Part shown: positions 18,541-27,475 of the stretch, one piece after another
Layout: every line of letters starts with the position of its first letter
Numbering within the stretch: position 1 is the stretch's first letter
Source of the DNA: Deinococcota bacterium
GTDB taxonomy: Bacteria; Deinococcota; Deinococci; Deinococcales; Thermaceae
Assembly (NCBI GenBank): GCA_041695225.1
Contig: JBGFRI010000003.1
Coordinates: 86,325 to 150,324, forward strand
Direction: 5' to 3'
DNA length: 64,000 bases
The notes under the pieces: model-generated
Database searches by the model: none
Seen by the model: only the letters and a program-made list of their open reading frames with translations
Told to the model about the DNA's origin: nothing
Made by a program: the position numbers and the translations under genes

Positions 18541-19776
18541 CTAGAAGTGAACCAGCAGATGCTGTGCCGTCAGCACAGCCAGACCATTCCGCTCCAGTTG
18601 GCCAAGTACCTCCTCAAGAGATCCGCTGGTACAAACCCGCCGATCCTTTGGCAGATTGGGAGCGCTGATTCTGTAGCACACTCGATCTGCACGGGAGAAG
18701 TCTGCTTCCAGGAACCAGAACCGACCTGCCACTACTCCCAGATACTTGGAGGAGACCTGGGCGCTACGGGAGTTACTGGTTGGAGCCAGACCCTCTTCCA
18801 GCAGCACTCGAACATCGGGGTGTTTGAGCACATCCAGGCCGACGGTTGTCCAGTTGCCTCCGGCGCGGGCATAGAGGTCGATGATCCGGTAGTTCTCCTG
18901 GTAGCAGGCCAGAAGGTTCCCCTCGAGCCGGGCCCGTGCATACACCCCTCGGTATGTGTGGCGCAGCCTGGTTCCGATGGTGGCCTCCACCCAGTGGACG
19001 CAGGTGGGATCATCCGGTGACAGGTAGCCAGCTTCCAGATGCTGCTTCAGGGCCCTGCGACTCATTGGAAGTCGCTGTTTGATCCCAGGTCCCAGCAACC
19101 AGGTGTTCTTGGAGTCCTTGAAGTACCCCCAGAACTGACCGGTACGCTCCCACAACGAGACCACCTTGCTCATAGCAGGGGCCTCTGGGTTTATTTTCCA
19201 GCCAATCATGGCTGGACACGTGCTCTGGCGAATGTCGGCCATAGAGACCGAGGGTAGCCAGTCCCTCAGAGCCCACCGGGGCGCACTATCGCCCTTCTGG
19301 TACAGGAGCGTCCCATTGCTCGCCCAGGCAGTGTCTCCCAGCTCTTCCCACCAAGCAGTGTTTGCCTGCTCCTGCCAGCGGTGGGGTCTCTGGGATCGGA
19401 CTGGCTCGTGTCTGGCTCGCCACTTCTCGACAAAGTGATTGCCGAACTCGTCCAGGCCCACACAGGCCAGCTCCCAAGAGAGCTGTTCCGGCACGATTAC
19501 TGGCCTCCCCAGATAGTAGAGAACATCTCCCACCTTCCCGAGTGCAAGCCCAAGCCACTCGTAAATGGCTGGTGCGACCTTACCGTCCGCCCAGAAATAA
19601 AACCGGTGCAGGGTGGGCCAGTGGCTGGGCTGTAGCCTAAAGTCTGCGGCAATCCCAGCCAGCTGGCTGGGATCAAGCCGTGGCCAGACCCTGGGCTCGG
19701 AAGCCAAGGTGCTGCCGATGGTCTGGCCGTTGAGAACCCAGTTGGGCCCTTGGTCTGTGTACTCTATGATCAACAT
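18541..19776 (-). CDS. Unknown ~400-aa paralog family member 4
   Basis: YTDQGP, LHRFYFWADG, GWKINP, WLLGPG, GYLSPDDPT and GSLEEVL; GATAGGAGG module upstream. Confidence 0.85.
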   Translation of the reverse strand: MLIIEYTDQGPNWVLNGQTIGSTLASEPRVWPRLDPSQLAGIAADFRLQPSHWPTLHRFYFWADGKVAPAIYEWLGLALGKVGDVLYYLGRPVIVPEQLSWELACVGLDEFGNHFVEKWRARHEPVRSQRPHRWQEQANTAWWEELGDTAWASNGTLLYQKGDSAPRWALRDWLPSVSMADIRQSTCPAMIGWKINPEAPAMSKVVSLWERTGQFWGYFKDSKNTWLLGPGIKQRLPMSRRALKQHLEAGYLSPDDPTCVHWVEATIGTRLRHTYRGVYARARLEGNLLACYQENYRIIDLYARAGGNWTTVGLDVLKHPDVRVLLEEGLAPTSNSRSAQVSSKYLGVVAGRFWFLEADFSRADRVCYRISAPNLPKDRRVCTSGSLEEVLGQLERNGLAVLTAQHLLVHF

Positions 19777-19937
19777 ATGTCCTCCTATCAATATCTAGTA
19801 TATAGCACTTGTTTGCTTGCACCTGGGCAAAAAGTTCTAGTTGAGATTAGCTAGCTACCTTAAAGCGCATATTCCGGTTGAGGTGCTATAAAAAGAAAGA
19901 AGAAATCTGCTATATTGTTTTCCGATAGGAGGACAAA

Positions 19938-21119
19938 ATGATCGAGATTCAATACACCGCCATCGGCCCCCGGATCTCCTTCCGGGGTCAGGATCTGGGC
20001 TACCTGTGGGATGAAAAGCCCGCAGTATGGCCTAAGCTCTCAAGGCAGGATCTGATTGACCTGGCCCAGGGCCAGGACTGGCTTCCAGCAAGGAAGCTCC
20101 ACCAGGTGTTCTTCTGGGCCAACCAGAAGGAGATGCCTAAAAATTACGACCTTCTGGGAACAGCCCTGGGAGCAGTGGGTAGGAAACCTTATCTACTTGG
20201 CCGTCCCACCAGCCCAGAAGAGGTCAAGGCCAACTGGGATCTGGCCACGGATAAGGTAGACCTGGGGCGCCGCTGGGGCTTGGAGGTGTGGAACATCTGT
20301 CCTGAGCCAGGACTGAGATGGCTGGAAAGTCCTCTATTCCGGCCTTACCGTCATATACACGGTCTGGTGATTGATGCTGCTGGCAAGATTCTCTACGCCC
20401 CTGGCGACAGTAGCCCCCGTGACCCAGACTGGCTGGCGGCCACTCCTTATCAGGATCTGGAGGCTCTGAAAGCGGACGCCCTCCTAGCCTGGAAGATTAA
20501 TCCTGCGGCCCCAACTGGCAAAGTAAAAAGGAGCTGGTTGCGCGGAAAAGAGCGGTGGGGATTTGTCCAGTCAGACAAAAAGACCTGGCTGGTAGGACCT
20601 GACCTGGTAGAACAGGTCAACCCAGCCCGAGAAACCGTTCTCAGGAGGCTTCTCCAAAAGGAAATTCTCCGCCTGGAGGATCCTACTGCCTACCTCTGGT
20701 TTCAGGCTATGACCGGGAGCAAGATTCACAAAGCTTCTGTCTGGGACTATGGCCGTGGTTACCAGGTAGGAGAAATCACTGTGCTGGGAAAACCCTTCTG
20801 GCACAACTGGGGGTGTTTTAGCTCCTGTGGGAGATCTGCTGAGGTAGAAAAGCTTCACCCTGAGCAGATCAAGGCCCTGTTCGAGCAAGTCGGACCAGAG
20901 AGCATTAATCGCAGGAACATCTCTACTGGCTACTTCCTGAGCTCGGAAGCAGGGGTATCCTGGTTTGTCCGCCGGGACTCGCCCCATGGCTGGCAGCTAA
21001 ACACGCCCACAGCCACAACGCCCGTCCTGAAAGGCGACACCCTGGAAGACCTCCTGGCCCTGGTGGAGCGTCATGGACTAAGCCAGTTGCTAGCCATGTA
21101 CCAGCTGACCAGAGTCTAG
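19938..21119 (+). CDS. Unknown ~400-aa paralog family member 5
   Basis: Family motifs; 5' block identical to member 3; terminator at ~21134-21162. Confidence 0.85.
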   Translation: MIEIQYTAIGPRISFRGQDLGYLWDEKPAVWPKLSRQDLIDLAQGQDWLPARKLHQVFFWANQKEMPKNYDLLGTALGAVGRKPYLLGRPTSPEEVKANWDLATDKVDLGRRWGLEVWNICPEPGLRWLESPLFRPYRHIHGLVIDAAGKILYAPGDSSPRDPDWLAATPYQDLEALKADALLAWKINPAAPTGKVKRSWLRGKERWGFVQSDKKTWLVGPDLVEQVNPARETVLRRLLQKEILRLEDPTAYLWFQAMTGSKIHKASVWDYGRGYQVGEITVLGKPFWHNWGCFSSCGRSAEVEKLHPEQIKALFEQVGPESINRRNISTGYFLSSEAGVSWFVRRDSPHGWQLNTPTATTPVLKGDTLEDLLALVERHGLSQLLAMYQLTRV

Positions 21120-21383
21120 GCACAGTTTTTACTAACCCCCATTGCTGTTAGCAATGGGGGTTATCTTTTTTCCGTTTTCCAAGAACCACCTGGTGCCCCT
21201 GTGGTCCGAGACGAGGCTGCTACCGTAACCCGGCTGCACATGCTGTAGACGAACAATAAAAGGGCCAGCCGCTTAGCGGCTCGCAGGCACAGTAAGCGGC
21301 AGGGATTTCTCCCTGCCGCACCTTGTTTAATATGCACTAGTAATACCGGACTATATGCCATAAGGTGTAATATAGTATTATCT

Positions 21384-22085
21384 ATGGCTAAAGTTAGCTT
21401 TGGCAACGATGAGTCTGGACGGGCCTGGGCAAAATTGTTTCGGGTAAAACGCGCAGCGCTCAAATTATCGCGTCAAAAACTTGCTAATACGGTAAATATC
21501 TCACCATCTTTAATTAGTAAAATCGAGAATGGGCTACACGATCCCCGGGATATGAGCATGGGCCGCCTTATGGCTTTCATGCGTGCCTTGCGCATTACGC
21601 CTGAAGAACTTGGCCTCAGCAGCTTTACCGTATTGGTTGGCAGTGGAACTATTACAGTACAAACCTACCCGTCGTTAAATGCCGCATGTGTTAACGAAGG
21701 GGCTGTGCCAGGCTACCTGGATCCCCGTACTCTGCCCCCATCAGGAAACGTTGAGAATTTCTCGCTTGTCCCTTATCTTGCAGCAGTCAACTCTCCTCCC
21801 ATCCTTGTGGCGGAGAACTTACCTCTTAAGGCCGGCTCCTGGCTAATCATTGAGCGTGGCCAGCTAACTGATGACAAATTAACGCTTGGTTACCTGGCCG
21901 AGACCAGACAGCCGATAATTTTCCACTGGCGCTACAACCTCGAACCTACTTTATTGCGCCCGGTAAACGACGTAGGCCAGGTCTACTGGTTGAGACCGGA
22001 CGGTTCCCTCGAAGTGGCTGGCAGCTTTTCCAAGCTACGCCCGCTGATTATTGGGCCAATACACTCCGAAATCCGACACTTTTAA
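21384..22085 (+). CDS. XRE-family HTH transcriptional regulator with S24-like C-terminal domain
   Basis: KRAALKLSRQKLA...ISPSLISKIENG HTH; C-terminal beta domain without clear S24 catalytic residues. Confidence 0.8.
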   Translation: MAKVSFGNDESGRAWAKLFRVKRAALKLSRQKLANTVNISPSLISKIENGLHDPRDMSMGRLMAFMRALRITPEELGLSSFTVLVGSGTITVQTYPSLNAACVNEGAVPGYLDPRTLPPSGNVENFSLVPYLAAVNSPPILVAENLPLKAGSWLIIERGQLTDDKLTLGYLAETRQPIIFHWRYNLEPTLLRPVNDVGQVYWLRPDGSLEVAGSFSKLRPLIIGPIHSEIRHF

Positions 22086-22102
22086 CTTTCAATTCCAAGA
22101 TT

Positions 22103-22759
22103 ATGTCCCGCAAACCCAAGCCTCCCAAACCACCCATGATCAGCCCCTCGGGCTTGAAGTACCGGGGCAGCTGGACACCAGCGCTGATCAAGCAGTTTCT
22201 GGGCGAGCCAGACGCCACAGCAGTCAACCCGCACTACCGCAGCGGGCCGCGTATGCAGCTGTATCTCCTCGAGCGGGTGGAGAAAGCGGAAGCCAGCCCA
22301 GAGTTCCAGGAGGCGCTGGTAAAAGCCCGGGCCCGACAGAAATCGGCAGAAAAGGCAGTTCAGACCAGGACAAAGCACACCGTTGCCCTGGCCCGGCAGC
22401 TAGAGCTAACAGTTGAGAAAATACCGCTGGGCATGTTAAAGAAACTGGCAGTAGAGCACTGGCTGGCGTTCAAGAGAGAGCGGGACTGGTACGAGGACCG
22501 CCCACAGCTAGAGCCGTGGGACAAGCCCGATCCTTTCAGAGACCGAATCTGCGTTAACTTCCTGCGCCACCAGGCCAGCGAGTATCACGTCAATCTCGAG
22601 ATTGTCTCGGGTAAAACCGGGATCGGGGAGGCGTACTACATTTTCTGGCAACAGATAGGCGTAGCGATCAAAGAGGCTTATCCGGTTCTTGCAGAGGAGA
22701 TGGATCGCCAGTTTGCCGAGCGTTTTGGAGCAGAGGTTCAGGACAAATCAGGCGCCTGA
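22103..22759 (+). CDS. Hypothetical protein
   Basis: 218-aa ORF (WTPALIKQFLGEPD...NPHY...MQLY...RV pattern, possibly DNA-binding). Confidence 0.75.
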   Translation: MSRKPKPPKPPMISPSGLKYRGSWTPALIKQFLGEPDATAVNPHYRSGPRMQLYLLERVEKAEASPEFQEALVKARARQKSAEKAVQTRTKHTVALARQLELTVEKIPLGMLKKLAVEHWLAFKRERDWYEDRPQLEPWDKPDPFRDRICVNFLRHQASEYHVNLEIVSGKTGIGEAYYIFWQQIGVAIKEAYPVLAEEMDRQFAERFGAEVQDKSGA

Positions 22760-22847
22760 GTCTTCCTGAGTGGTAAAGCCATGAGAAGCTCAGTGTATGC
22801 AAAGAAGAGCCAGGGGGGTAAACCCTCCCTGGCAACTGCGCCTGTGC

Positions 22848-23432
22848 CTAGAAGAGGTAGCCGTGGTCGGCCACCTTCCGCACCTGGTATTGCTGGTCGA
22901 AGCACATCCGCTCCGCCAACTCCTGGGCGGAGAGCTTCTTGCCCCGGTCCTCGGGGCGCTGGTTGAGGACCGGGGCAAGGACACCCCGGGCGTAGATGGC
23001 CAGCTCGAGGGGGATCGAGCCGGCCACCACTTTCCCCTCGATGTCCTCGGGCTTCAGGGCCCCGGACTTGACCGGCACAGCCGGAAAGTGCTTCCCGACC
23101 GCCTCGGCCATCTCCGGGGCGAACCCGAAGGCCAGATCCGGGGCCTCCACGGGCCCGGCCTCGACCTGGTAGGTGGCACAACCGGTCACCCGGGTACGCA
23201 GCACCTCCACGGGGAGGTCGGCCTTCACCTCATCCTGGGTCAGCTTCAGCCCCAGGACGGTGACAGCGCCTGCCAGAGCAGCCAGGTCAAGGGGCAGCAC
23301 GCCGAAAACGTGCTTGCCCCGGACCTGATCGGCCGTGGCGTGCTCGAGGACGGGGGTCTTGGTTCTCACCAGCCCGGACTCAATCAGAAGAGCCCGGGTG
23401 CCTTTGTGGCGCGTAACGACAAGTCTTTCCAT
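22848..23432 (-). CDS. Tandem Csx16 (VVA1548)-like protein, stand-alone
   Basis: VVTRHKG...GKHVFGVLPLDLAA, then a second repeat GKVVAGSIPLELA...RGKKLSAQEL; both match the Csx16 pattern as recalled. No cas genes nearby. Confidence 0.7.
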   Translation of the reverse strand: MERLVVTRHKGTRALLIESGLVRTKTPVLEHATADQVRGKHVFGVLPLDLAALAGAVTVLGLKLTQDEVKADLPVEVLRTRVTGCATYQVEAGPVEAPDLAFGFAPEMAEAVGKHFPAVPVKSGALKPEDIEGKVVAGSIPLELAIYARGVLAPVLNQRPEDRGKKLSAQELAERMCFDQQYQVRKVADHGYLF

Positions 23433-23671
23433 ATATTCTCCTCCTATCACTATTCAGCATACAATACCGTCCGTGCAGGAAAACAAAAATAATGCGAATC
23501 CATCGTCACTGCGTCACCAGACCACTTGTTTCCGCTTTGGAGCGCTACTTATCAATGTGACGCATGGTGACGCAACGCATGGACTGCCGGACTTTCACAG
23601 CGCACTCACCCAGGCTAAGCAAGAAAAGTGAGGTAGGATAGCCTATCTGTGAAATATGACCTTTCACAGAT

Positions 23672-24211
23672 ATGCTAATCGGGAGGCCTCCAGTGGAACT
23701 TAGAGTTGGTTATCCCTACGGTAGTCCCGGGCCCCGGCTGCCAGGTGTGGAGCTGCGTCTAAGCGATACCAGCCCTACTCTTCTGATGGTGCTGCCGGAG
23801 TTGCGACAGCAGGAAGTTGCGGCAGTTGCAAAAGGTGAGTGCAGGTTTGGCGTCTATGAGGAGGGCCCGATGCTCTTTTTTCTCTATTGTTTTGATCCGG
23901 TCTTTTCCTGGTCCGATACGCCTTACCACCGGGCACTGGAAGAAGCCCGGCGACCCGTCCAGCTAAGCCTCCTTTCCGAGCGGTCTCGAGCACTGCTGAT
24001 GGTTGTCCTGGTCAGCGCTGAGGATGGACTGATACAGGTCTTGCGAGCAGTGACCCTGGACCCCCAGGTTACCCGGGCTTTGTGGCAGGCCGTCCTGTTG
24101 CAGGAGACCCTGCCACCCAATTACGACCAGCGGCTCGAGCAGATCTACGCCCGCCTTACCAGCGCACAGATGGCCCGAAATGGAATTACCTGCCGGGGAG
24201 GAGCTGATTGA
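23672..24211 (+). CDS. Hypothetical protein
   Basis: 179-aa ORF whose stop overlaps the recombinase start. Confidence 0.7.
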   Translation: MLIGRPPVELRVGYPYGSPGPRLPGVELRLSDTSPTLLMVLPELRQQEVAAVAKGECRFGVYEEGPMLFFLYCFDPVFSWSDTPYHRALEEARRPVQLSLLSERSRALLMVVLVSAEDGLIQVLRAVTLDPQVTRALWQAVLLQETLPPNYDQRLEQIYARLTSAQMARNGITCRGGAD

Positions 24212-25110
24212 AAAACAAACCAGGAATACAGAACCAGATCTTTTCACCCGAACTAACCCCCTTTGTCCGCTACCTTGAAAGCGAGCGCGGCCATACTCCC
24301 CAGGGCATCCGGCGCTACCGCTATGACGTACAGTTATGGCTCTCCTGGCTGGCGGCGCAGGGTCAGGAAGCCAACCAGGAGGCTTTACGAACCTTTCTAG
24401 GCGAACGCAGCCTGAGCCCCCGCCGTACCCAGGGCTTTATGGCAGCCCTGCGGGCCTACTATCGCTGGCGACAGGAAGTGTGCGGCGAGGTGGTGGAAGA
24501 CCCCACCAAAGGGGTGGGCCGCCCCCGGGCCGGGCGCCGCATTCCCAAGCGCCCCAGCCGAGAGGATCTGCAAAAACTGCTAAGCGTTCTAAAAGGAGAA
24601 CCGGAAGTCCGGCTGCTTTCCACTTTCCTACCGTTTCTCTACGGCACTGGCCTGCGGGTCTCGGAGGCCCTGGGGCTCCGGCTGGAACACCTGATTCTCG
24701 AGCAGAGACGGCCAGTAGCCCTGCGGGTGATCGGCAAGGGCGACAAGGAGCGCCTGGTTCCCCTCTCTCCCCTGGCCCAGCAAGCCCTGGAGGCCTGGCT
24801 GACAGCCCGGAGTAGCCGCCGGGGACCGCTCTGGGTCTATCAGCAGAAAAAATACCAGGGCCGCCCGGTCGGCATTTCCTGGCTGCAAAAGAAACTAGCC
24901 AGCCTGGCCCTGCGGGCGGGCCTGGAGGTCTCCCGTTGCAGCCCGCATAAGTTCCGCCATGCCTACGCCACCGAGTTGGCCGATGGCGGAGTGGGGTTGG
25001 ATGCGATCAAGGAGCTGCTGGGCCACAGCTACATCAGCACTACCCAGATTTACCTGCATACCGGCTACCAGCGGCTGCGGCAGGCGGTAGCGCAGCTAAA
25101 GACTATCTGA
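24208..25110 (+). CDS. XerC/D-like tyrosine recombinase
   Basis: N-terminal SAM-like domain; GTGLRVSE, GKGDKER, HKFRH, LLGH and TTQIY all intact. Confidence 0.93.
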   Translation: MKNKPGIQNQIFSPELTPFVRYLESERGHTPQGIRRYRYDVQLWLSWLAAQGQEANQEALRTFLGERSLSPRRTQGFMAALRAYYRWRQEVCGEVVEDPTKGVGRPRAGRRIPKRPSREDLQKLLSVLKGEPEVRLLSTFLPFLYGTGLRVSEALGLRLEHLILEQRRPVALRVIGKGDKERLVPLSPLAQQALEAWLTARSSRRGPLWVYQQKKYQGRPVGISWLQKKLASLALRAGLEVSRCSPHKFRHAYATELADGGVGLDAIKELLGHSYISTTQIYLHTGYQRLRQAVAQLKTI

Positions 25111-25163
25111 GACACATCTCATCGGCCGGTACTCTGATATACTCTACTCCGATAGGAGGAGAT

Positions 25164-26420
25164 ATGATACAGATTCGGTACGGCCCCAGCGGGCCAGTTC
25201 TTCGGCTCAAAGACCAGGATCTCGGCCCGGTCTGGAAACCAGAGCGGAAAAAGGTTCCCCGCCTCAGCGAGAATGAGCTTTTCGAGCTAGCTAGTTGGGG
25301 TGAGCGGGCCTGGCCCTGGCGCAAGCTAGAGCTGCACCAGCTCTATTTTTTGGCCCGTGGTAGGGAATGCCCGGCCGAGTACGTGGATATTGGAGCTGCG
25401 TTGGGCCGTGATGGGAGCCAGCTCTACCTGCTGGGCCGGCCGATCAACGCTGCTGAGGCCCTGGACTGCTGGCCGGCAACCCAGCTGGGCATGGAGGAGC
25501 CGGGGGAAGTCTACAACCGCCTTCTCTACCAGAAGATGTACGGCTCTGACTGGGGAAAAAACTGGCGCATAGAGAATCTGGGAGATCTGGTGATCTCCAC
25601 CGGCCCGCACAATGCCCGGCTGAACACCCCTCGGGGTGATCTGCTGTTCAGCGGGTATGAGGACACACTGCCCAGGCCAGCATTGCAAAAGTGGTTGAAG
25701 ACCACCGATTGGGGGCGGCTACAGATGCTTTCTAAGTACCTGTTTAGCCGCTTGCTGGCCTGGAAGCTCCAGCCGAGCTTCCGAGTTACGGATACCACCG
25801 AAAGCATTAACTTCTGGTGGGAAGGCCAGGAGCCCCGGGTCCTGGTAACCAGGTCGGAAGGAGACTGCTGGTTACTCACTCCTGCCCGGGCAGACCGGCT
25901 CAGCTGGAAGAACCTGCCCCGCCTTCTGGCCGACGGACTGCTGGCGCCCCACAATCCCACTGCCCCTTTCTGGGTGCAGGCGGTAAGTGGGCTGGAGCTC
26001 GAGCCTCTCTTCCTTGCCCGGGCCAGGCAGGCCTGGCTACTTCCAGAGGCCCTCTGCCTGCAACAGGACTCCAACTTCCATTTTATGGAACCTGGAATAG
26101 CGGGAACCTGGGTAGCCATGGAGGCTGGCCTCGAGCGGGGCTTCCTGCCCCGGTTTGTAGAGGAAGCGGGGATGACTCCTACCAGCATGAGCCGCTGCTT
26201 CGACTTCAGCGAGGGGTACTACCTGGGGCAGGTACATGACGCGGAAATACATCTAAACTATGACCGCACCACCGGGGAAGAAGAGACGGAGCTTTGGATC
26301 TACCAGCAGGGTGCGTGGAAAAGGCCCCCGCTAAGAGGCAAGGCACAGGAGATCCTGGCCAGGCTGGAGCAGGAGGGCCTGGAAAAGATGCTGGCTATAT
26401 ATCAGCTGGTCAGCATTTAG
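25164..26420 (+). CDS. Unknown ~400-aa paralog family member 6
   Basis: YGPSGP..QDLGPVW, LHQLYFLARG, LLAWKLQP, GLLAPHNPT and LEKMLAIYQL; GATAGGAGG module upstream. Confidence 0.85.
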   Translation: MIQIRYGPSGPVLRLKDQDLGPVWKPERKKVPRLSENELFELASWGERAWPWRKLELHQLYFLARGRECPAEYVDIGAALGRDGSQLYLLGRPINAAEALDCWPATQLGMEEPGEVYNRLLYQKMYGSDWGKNWRIENLGDLVISTGPHNARLNTPRGDLLFSGYEDTLPRPALQKWLKTTDWGRLQMLSKYLFSRLLAWKLQPSFRVTDTTESINFWWEGQEPRVLVTRSEGDCWLLTPARADRLSWKNLPRLLADGLLAPHNPTAPFWVQAVSGLELEPLFLARARQAWLLPEALCLQQDSNFHFMEPGIAGTWVAMEAGLERGFLPRFVEEAGMTPTSMSRCFDFSEGYYLGQVHDAEIHLNYDRTTGEEETELWIYQQGAWKRPPLRGKAQEILARLEQEGLEKMLAIYQLVSI

Positions 26421-26551
26421 CCACAAGCCACAGGCGATATACAGGGGAGGCCATCTCCCCTGTGTTTTTCTTGTGCTTTTCCTACAAAAAACAGATCCTT
26501 GCTAGCCTGCTGCTCGCGCATCATATATAATCAATCGTGATAGGAGGAGTT

Positions 26552-27076
26552 ATGAAGAAAAAGGAAGTAATCATTGGATTGGACCCGAACCAGTTTGGGG
26601 CCTACGGGGTCGCCTTCACGGAAGGGGACCACCGGGTCTACCCCTTCCGGCTGTCCCAGCAGCCCCAACAGCCGGGGGACTACCACATCGACTACCTGGT
26701 GCGGCTGCTGGCCCGCACCTCGGTGGTCGGGATAGAGGTCATTGAGGGCCTCGAGGAGCATCTGGCCAAGCGGGACTACCAGATGCTGCTCCAGGCGCAG
26801 GTAATGGCCGAGTCCCTCGCCGACATCTGCGAGGAAGCCGGGGTAGAGGTACGCCGCTACTCCGGCCGCTGGCCAGCCCGGGTGGGGCTGGAGGAGATCC
26901 GTCAGGGCCAGGGGGCCTGGATGCAGCTTCTGCTGCATCGGCCCTGGGTATCCAAGGGCTATCTCCAAAAAAGCCTGGGTAAACAGTTCCGGCCGATGCT
27001 CCCGATGACGGAGCATCACTGGGACGCCTTGGGGCTGGCCGCCCTGGCCCAGCGCGAGACCGAGAGGTACAGGTAG
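26552..27076 (+). CDS. RuvC/RNase H-fold nuclease-like protein
   Basis: IIGLDP...YGV start, central GIE and C-terminal HWDALGLA match RuvC-type acidic motifs. Confidence 0.55.
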   Translation: MKKKEVIIGLDPNQFGAYGVAFTEGDHRVYPFRLSQQPQQPGDYHIDYLVRLLARTSVVGIEVIEGLEEHLAKRDYQMLLQAQVMAESLADICEEAGVEVRRYSGRWPARVGLEEIRQGQGAWMQLLLHRPWVSKGYLQKSLGKQFRPMLPMTEHHWDALGLAALAQRETERYR

Positions 27077-27155
27077 ATCGGGAGGCCGGGTAATCCCCGG
27101 CCTCTCACACTTGTGCAACCAGATGTCCTGCAAGCCGCTATAATCATTCCTGCTA

Positions 27156-27433
27156 TGACCAGCACGCACCAGTATTCTGGAAGCCTCTGGACGCGCCTGC
27201 CCGAGAGTCTGGCCTGTGTACTGCCCCTTGATACCAGGAAGTGGGAGGCGGTTGCCGAACTGTCGCCGGCTGAACAGCTATACTGGCTGGGTATTGAAGA
27301 TGTAATCCTGGAGGTGGTTAGCCGTCAGGGCAAGGTACTGGGAATAGGCCCGTTGATACTCTCTTTGACTCTGTTACCTCAGCTCAACCAGGACGAGGCT
27401 TATTTCCGCCAGCACGGTGGAGTACAGGCCTGA
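27156..27433 (+). CDS. Small hypothetical protein
   Basis: TATAAT shortly upstream of ATG. Confidence 0.5.
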
Positions 27434-27475
27434 GCAGGGACAGGCTTCTCGCTCCCATTCGTAATACTTGGGGAA

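Noticed and set aside
14298..20137. Diversity-generating retroelement or shufflon as the cause of paralog variation
   Set aside because: No reverse transcriptase, no adenine-specific TR/VR pair and no inverted sfx-like sites visible.
22797..23492. 231-aa plus-strand ORF
   Set aside because: Antisense shadow of the Csx16-like gene, which has the RBS, promoter and family motifs.
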